From a virus (taxonomy: Duplodnaviria; Caudoviricetes): a stretch of DNA of 38,083 nt. A program made the position numbers and the translations under genes. The stretch is from positions 1 to 38,083 of the IMG/VR virus record IMGVR_UViG_3300011339_000979, one strand, 5' to 3'. This document shows positions 33,596-38,083 of this stretch, piece by piece (position 1 is the first letter of the stretch; the number at the start of each line of letters is the position of its first letter). Below the pieces are notes generated by a model. That model was given only the letters and a program-made list of their open reading frames with translations. It made no database searches and had not been told where the DNA came from.

Positions 33596-34243
33596 TTAAA
33601 GTTTAGGCAAAGACGCGGCTGCGATCCTTAACCGATAATTATACAAATCCAAATTGATTTTGGTTTTTTGGAGCTGTTCTTTTGACCGTTGAGCTACGGT
33701 TGTATCATTATAAGCAGGGAAAGTCACCGGTGCAACGTCATACAACTTTGCGCCTTTAATAAGCTCCCGAACCTCTATTTTACCACCATAAGACATCCGC
33801 TCTAAAACCTCATCAGGAAACATACCTGCGAACTCAGAACGATCTACCTCTCTCCAAACCTGCTCTTTGATTGTAAATTGAAAGGAACTTTGATAGATGT
33901 CGCCTCGCTTTACCTCTTCAAAAGTATCTCGGCCGGTCGTTGTGTCAGGCAAATCTACTTCGTACTCCAAGCCCTGATTGGTAATATTTAGGCGAAGTGT
34001 TTTATTTGCATACCGGCCCAATACTAAATTTGAATCATGGTTTTTTAGCGCGGCTGCTGCCTCAAAATCCATATCATCAAAAAAACCAGGCTTAACGACT
34101 TCCATATACCAGCCCATCGGTGTATAGCTGTTGAATATAGATGCAAGGCCGCCAATGGTCATGCGCTTTTCATCTTTATCTTTGTCTATGGATCGACACT
34201 CAATACCATAGACTCGTTTTTCTTTATTGTCCTGTATTTGCAT
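33596..34243 (-). CDS. prohead protease, HK97 family
   Basis: NHD...VLGR, GL.YE..LPDT, RGD...SSF.F, VTFPAY. Confidence 0.93.
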   Translation of the reverse strand: MQIQDNKEKRVYGIECRSIDKDKDEKRMTIGGLASIFNSYTPMGWYMEVVKPGFFDDMDFEAAAALKNHDSNLVLGRYANKTLRLNITNQGLEYEVDLPDTTTGRDTFEEVKRGDIYQSSFQFTIKEQVWREVDRSEFAGMFPDEVLERMSYGGKIEVRELIKGAKLYDVAPVTFPAYNDTTVAQRSKEQLQKTKINLDLYNYRLRIAAASLPKL

Positions 34244-35519
34244 TTGTCAAATTTGATTTTTGATTGATACCTTCTAAGGTAGTCATATTTAACTGCATGT
34301 AGTGCTGTTGTCCATAGCCATCCGCAATTGGGTTAAGATTTTCCATACTACGAACTTCATCCAGGCTCATGGCTCCGATATTTGTCATTGTCTGATAATA
34401 TTGAGCGCGTGCAGCAGTGTCGCCACGCATCAACGAATCGATATTAAATCGGAAAAACATGGATGAGCGGTCAGACTTCCTTAAAACTTTACGGTTGAGC
34501 TCGCTCTCCCAATTTTTAACAAGCGGTCGAACAGTGTGCATTACGAACTCAATACTTTGATGTTCGATGTTGTTGTTTGTTGAGCGTTCTAAATCGCCTA
34601 TTAAGTGCAATGGTACACCAAAAAAGCGTGCAATGTCTTTTGTCGATAGATTTGCGCTCTCAATAAATTGAGCATCTTTAGGGCTTAGGGCAATTTGAGT
34701 AAATTTAGTTTCTCCACGCAAAACGCCAATACTGCCAGATGTCCGGTAGTCGCGCATAATCTTAACAAACTCATTTCTTAGCTGATCCATTTGCGCCCCT
34801 GTCATATTCATTGGAGCGCGCTCAATTACGCCTCGTACACCTCCACCATTCTCATACATAGCAGCCGCATAATCATTTGCGGCCAATGCCATCCCTACCG
34901 TTTCCCTCGCGTAAGAAAGTGGAGATTTGCCGATGATGCCATCCTCACCAAATAATTTGAGGTGTATAATCTCATTCGGTAGAAGCACATAAGATCGGCC
35001 TTGCTCATCGATCGTGACACGATAATACAATTTATCTTCATAGATATAAGGTATTACGTTGTCCGGATGAAGTATTCGAATCTCATTTACTCTACCGTTA
35101 CGGTCAAATGAGAGTTTAGAGTAGTGGTTGCCCCTTAACATCAAATGAAGCATTGCCGCTGCTCTCCATTGGTAAGAATCGTAAAACGTATGAGGCTCAA
35201 ATGTAACCGCGTAGGCCTCCGGTAAATCGGTCACTTCCTCAATAATTGTACCCGATTTGCGATATAAACCAACCTGCAAAGAAGCTATTGTACGAACAAG
35301 CAAGGATACAGACGCGTAAACGGCACTGATCCGCATTGAGGTCTCAGGCGTAACATTTTGACCAGCCGATTTGCGGCCATTGTGCAACCAGTCTAAAAAC
35401 CAATCGGAGGGAGTAGCAAGGCCAGATCTAAGCTCCGAATCTTGCGAAATAGGCGCATTTTCAGCAGAAACACTGCTAAAACCGCCAAAAAACCGCGTAA
35501 TATTTGAAATAAGGCCCAT
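34224..35519 (-). CDS. portal protein, HK97 family
   Basis: SAVYA.V......IA.L, L.GN.Y, G.SP, DAQFIE, IAR.FGVP.H..G, NNIE.Q, L.RGD...R. Confidence 0.95.
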   Translation of the reverse strand: MGLISNITRFFGGFSSVSAENAPISQDSELRSGLATPSDWFLDWLHNGRKSAGQNVTPETSMRISAVYASVSLLVRTIASLQVGLYRKSGTIIEEVTDLPEAYAVTFEPHTFYDSYQWRAAAMLHLMLRGNHYSKLSFDRNGRVNEIRILHPDNVIPYIYEDKLYYRVTIDEQGRSYVLLPNEIIHLKLFGEDGIIGKSPLSYARETVGMALAANDYAAAMYENGGGVRGVIERAPMNMTGAQMDQLRNEFVKIMRDYRTSGSIGVLRGETKFTQIALSPKDAQFIESANLSTKDIARFFGVPLHLIGDLERSTNNNIEHQSIEFVMHTVRPLVKNWESELNRKVLRKSDRSSMFFRFNIDSLMRGDTAARAQYYQTMTNIGAMSLDEVRSMENLNPIADGYGQQHYMQLNMTTLEGINQKSNLTNANTGQ

Positions 35520-35590
35520 TTATAAACAAATGTATAGGTAAAACCTCCAAATAATCGCAATTTTAAACAAAAAGTAAGTTGTCATTAATG

Positions 35591-35620
35591 AAAAAAGGCG
35601 CTACATTCCTGCAACGCCTT
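35591..35620 (-). terminator. intrinsic terminator before portal
   Basis: AAGGCGTTGCA-GGAA-TGTAGCGCCTT TTTT. Confidence 0.7.
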
Positions 35621-35641
35621 ATATTACCAAACTTATACCCC

Positions 35642-35854
35642 TTAAACGCAATCTAATGATCTGCGTCTTCGCTTACTATACGCACTGCGAAAGTAGTCGT
35701 ATTTTTTGTATTTCCGCTTATTTTTTTGACCAAAATACCACGCCTCCACACGCAACCAAATCAGATACTTTTTTTGCGTAGGATCTTGAGCCAACAACTC
35801 CCTATACTTTGCATCGTATTGTTTGCAGTCGTTTGTATTCATTTGATTTGTCAT
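35642..35854 (-). CDS. small basic hypothetical protein
   Basis: ATGA-coupled to terL; Lys/Arg/Tyr-rich. Confidence 0.6.
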   Translation of the reverse strand: MTNQMNTNDCKQYDAKYRELLAQDPTQKKYLIWLRVEAWYFGQKNKRKYKKYDYFRSAYSKRRRRSLDCV

Positions 35855-37557
35855 ATTATGGAGAAAATCTCACCCTGCCAATAAATAGAATTTTTGTTTT
35901 TAGCAAACTGACCAAGAGCCATAACCAACGCAACCACACCATCGACCTTAGCATTTGAGTTCTCTTTATCAACTTTAATGTTATCGGCCGGATCTCGTCT
36001 TATGCTAACATTTGACATCATCCACCTCAATACCGGATTGCCGTTGTGGGCTATCTCTCCACGACGTGCCAATACTTCAAGCTCTTTAGTAGGAGCGGAC
36101 ATACTCAAAAAGCCCTGCCCAAATGGCTCCATCATTAAACCCTCATTTTGCAGATCAGTAACTAAGTGCGAACTGTTATACCTGTCAAATGCAATCGAAT
36201 GCACATCAAACTTTGCAGCGTCTTGTTTTATCTGCTCTTTGATATAGTTGTAGTCGGTAACATTACCAGGCGTAAAGTTCAAAAAGCCTTGTTTATTCCA
36301 ATTAAGATATGGGTAACCTTTTAACCTTGTAATTCGTTCGGCCTCATCCTCAGGAACCCAACAACGCAACAATACCTTGATTTTTTCGCCTTCATCTACC
36401 GGAGGGAATAACCAAACAAGCGAAGTAGTATCTGATACGCTTGCTAAGTCCAAACCACCCATCGCAACCCTGCCTTTTAACTCGGCTTCATCAAAAACGA
36501 CATCCGCGCCTTTCATCCAGTCAGCATCACTGATCCAGGTCTTAAACTGCTTTACCCAAACATTTAGGTTTTTGGTCAGGAAATTAACACGTGCGCTTTC
36601 TCCCTCTGTTAGGGCCTTTTTGTGTTCACGCCTCAAATAGTCAATCGAGATACTTTGACCTAATGATGGGTTAGCCTTGTGCCAATTCTCTTCCTGCTCC
36701 CAATCATCATTTTCATCCAGGTCAAATATCAAAGGAAAGATACCAGGGTTTTCCAGTACTCCATCCAATATCTGTTTGCAGGTCTTTTCAAAAGTTGCAC
36801 AAACTCCATCGGGCAAAAATCCAGCGGTTGTGATAATCCAAAGGAGAGGTGAACGCCTTGCACCCATACCCGACTCTACCACATTCATCATATCGTTGGA
36901 AGGATGCGCATGGTACTCATCGCAAATACCATAAAAAGGATTGTGTCCATCCTCAGCCTTTGAATCTTTACCCAAATATCCTACAAATCCATTTCCATCC
37001 AAATCGGTTATCTTATTTTGTAGTACCCTTACTTTTGTTGCGTATAGTGCAGACCGCGTGCATAGCATTGAGGTCATTGACTTTTGTTTATTGAATCCGA
37101 TCCGGGCTTGATCCTTTTTAGTGGCAAACCAAAATACTTGCGCATCTTTTTCGTATTGATCGAACTTGTGACCGTAAATACCAATCGCGCTCAAAAATTC
37201 AGTCTTACCGTTTTTGCGAGGCACTTTGATATAAACTTTAAAGTAGCGCCTCCAATTATTGCTTTTTACCTTCCATCCGTACACGTTCCATAAAGTAAAG
37301 GCTTGCCATTCGGTTAATTCAAAAGGCTTTCCGCGCCAATGGCCTTCACTAAATTGCATTTGACAAAAAGCCTTAAAGACGTGTTCGGCTGCTGCTTCAT
37401 CAAAATAATATTCAAAGTTCGGATCCTGTTTTGACTGATCCAAGTCGGATAGGTAGGCATTGACTAATTGTCTGGCAAATCGGGAGAATGGTCTTGTTTC
37501 ATCGGTAGCGCGATTGATAAACGCTTGAACTCGCTGTTTTGCTTCCTCTAATGTCAT
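35851..37557 (-). CDS. terL: terminase large subunit
   Basis: PRKNGKT, DEYH, ITTAG, KANP, GLDLAS..D, KVDG.VA..MA. Confidence 0.96.
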   Translation of the reverse strand: MTLEEAKQRVQAFINRATDETRPFSRFARQLVNAYLSDLDQSKQDPNFEYYFDEAAAEHVFKAFCQMQFSEGHWRGKPFELTEWQAFTLWNVYGWKVKSNNWRRYFKVYIKVPRKNGKTEFLSAIGIYGHKFDQYEKDAQVFWFATKKDQARIGFNKQKSMTSMLCTRSALYATKVRVLQNKITDLDGNGFVGYLGKDSKAEDGHNPFYGICDEYHAHPSNDMMNVVESGMGARRSPLLWIITTAGFLPDGVCATFEKTCKQILDGVLENPGIFPLIFDLDENDDWEQEENWHKANPSLGQSISIDYLRREHKKALTEGESARVNFLTKNLNVWVKQFKTWISDADWMKGADVVFDEAELKGRVAMGGLDLASVSDTTSLVWLFPPVDEGEKIKVLLRCWVPEDEAERITRLKGYPYLNWNKQGFLNFTPGNVTDYNYIKEQIKQDAAKFDVHSIAFDRYNSSHLVTDLQNEGLMMEPFGQGFLSMSAPTKELEVLARRGEIAHNGNPVLRWMMSNVSIRRDPADNIKVDKENSNAKVDGVVALVMALGQFAKNKNSIYWQGEIFSII

Positions 37558-38021
37558 ATCAAATCTAATAATGGATCTTTTTTGTCAGACTTTGAAACAC
37601 CAATATCGGTACGGGCCAATGGACTTAAGCCTAAATGTTTGGAGAAAAGTATGATCCGTTTTTGTACTGCATCCAGGCTTTCAAGGGCCGGATTGCGTTG
37701 TACATACTCAGCTCCCTTTGAGTTGGTTAAAATTAATTGCAATCCGTTTTCGCTAATGTTTTTAAAGCACTGATCCTGCAAGTGATAGCACATAACCAAA
37801 GATCGAATCATCGCTAAATCCTCATCATTTAAAGACTTTGCAATTTTCATGTTTGCAACGATCAGATACCAATACTTCGATGCTTCCGGTGGGAGGTCTT
37901 CCGGGTAAACCTCAACAGCGTCGGAATGCCGGCCCGCCTGAATTAGGTCCGGTAAATGGCGATCTTTGCGGAAAGTACCATCTTGTTTGTGCTGTTCAAC
38001 TGTTTTTTTGCGACCTTTCAT
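37554..38021 (-). CDS. terS: terminase small subunit (P27 family)
   Basis: GT.R.DR, P..L...A...W, NPA, LGLSP.AR. Confidence 0.9.
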   Translation of the reverse strand: MKGRKKTVEQHKQDGTFRKDRHLPDLIQAGRHSDAVEVYPEDLPPEASKYWYLIVANMKIAKSLNDEDLAMIRSLVMCYHLQDQCFKNISENGLQLILTNSKGAEYVQRNPALESLDAVQKRIILFSKHLGLSPLARTDIGVSKSDKKDPLLDLI

Positions 38022-38083
38022 AATTAATTTTTAGACTCGTCTAAATAATAGGGGCTTGAAAATTGACATTGCGCGCGTCGTTG

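Noticed and set aside
7515-37426. GGATCC looks frequent (about 14 seen by eye)
   Set aside because: Many sites cluster in Gly/Ser-rich structural genes; no codon-aware k-mer test was possible
1-38083. Stop-codon recoding, CRISPR array, introns or inteins
   Set aside because: Core genes are full length in the standard code with normal sizes; no repeat-spacer array seen

Overview
Apparently a complete or near-complete ~38 kb HK97-type tailed phage (siphovirus-like) genome, opened between the HNH gene and the small terminase gene (the expected cos region). The host is very likely Bacteroidota: several TTTG-N17-21-TAnnTTTG promoters, A-rich start contexts without Shine-Dalgarno, and signal peptides cleaved before Gln. 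Minus strand 38021->17313 holds the packaging, head, neck and tail genes. A plus-strand block (13244-17255) holds Bet/RecT, an exonuclease and a GH73 hydrolase. Minus strand 13090->45 holds replication, methylation, nucleotide metabolism, endolysin and HNH genes. I found no integrase, DNA polymerase or reverse transcriptase. Most notable: (1) two tandem tRNA-like RNAs sharing one non-canonical fold; (2) a cassette of signal-peptide-bearing fibre and membrane proteins inserted between the tail terminator and tail tube genes; (3) a two-subunit C5 methyltransferase with a nested out-of-frame gene; (4) a C4/CI-like structured leader before the replication genes. All calls are by eye from motifs and synteny; no searches were run.
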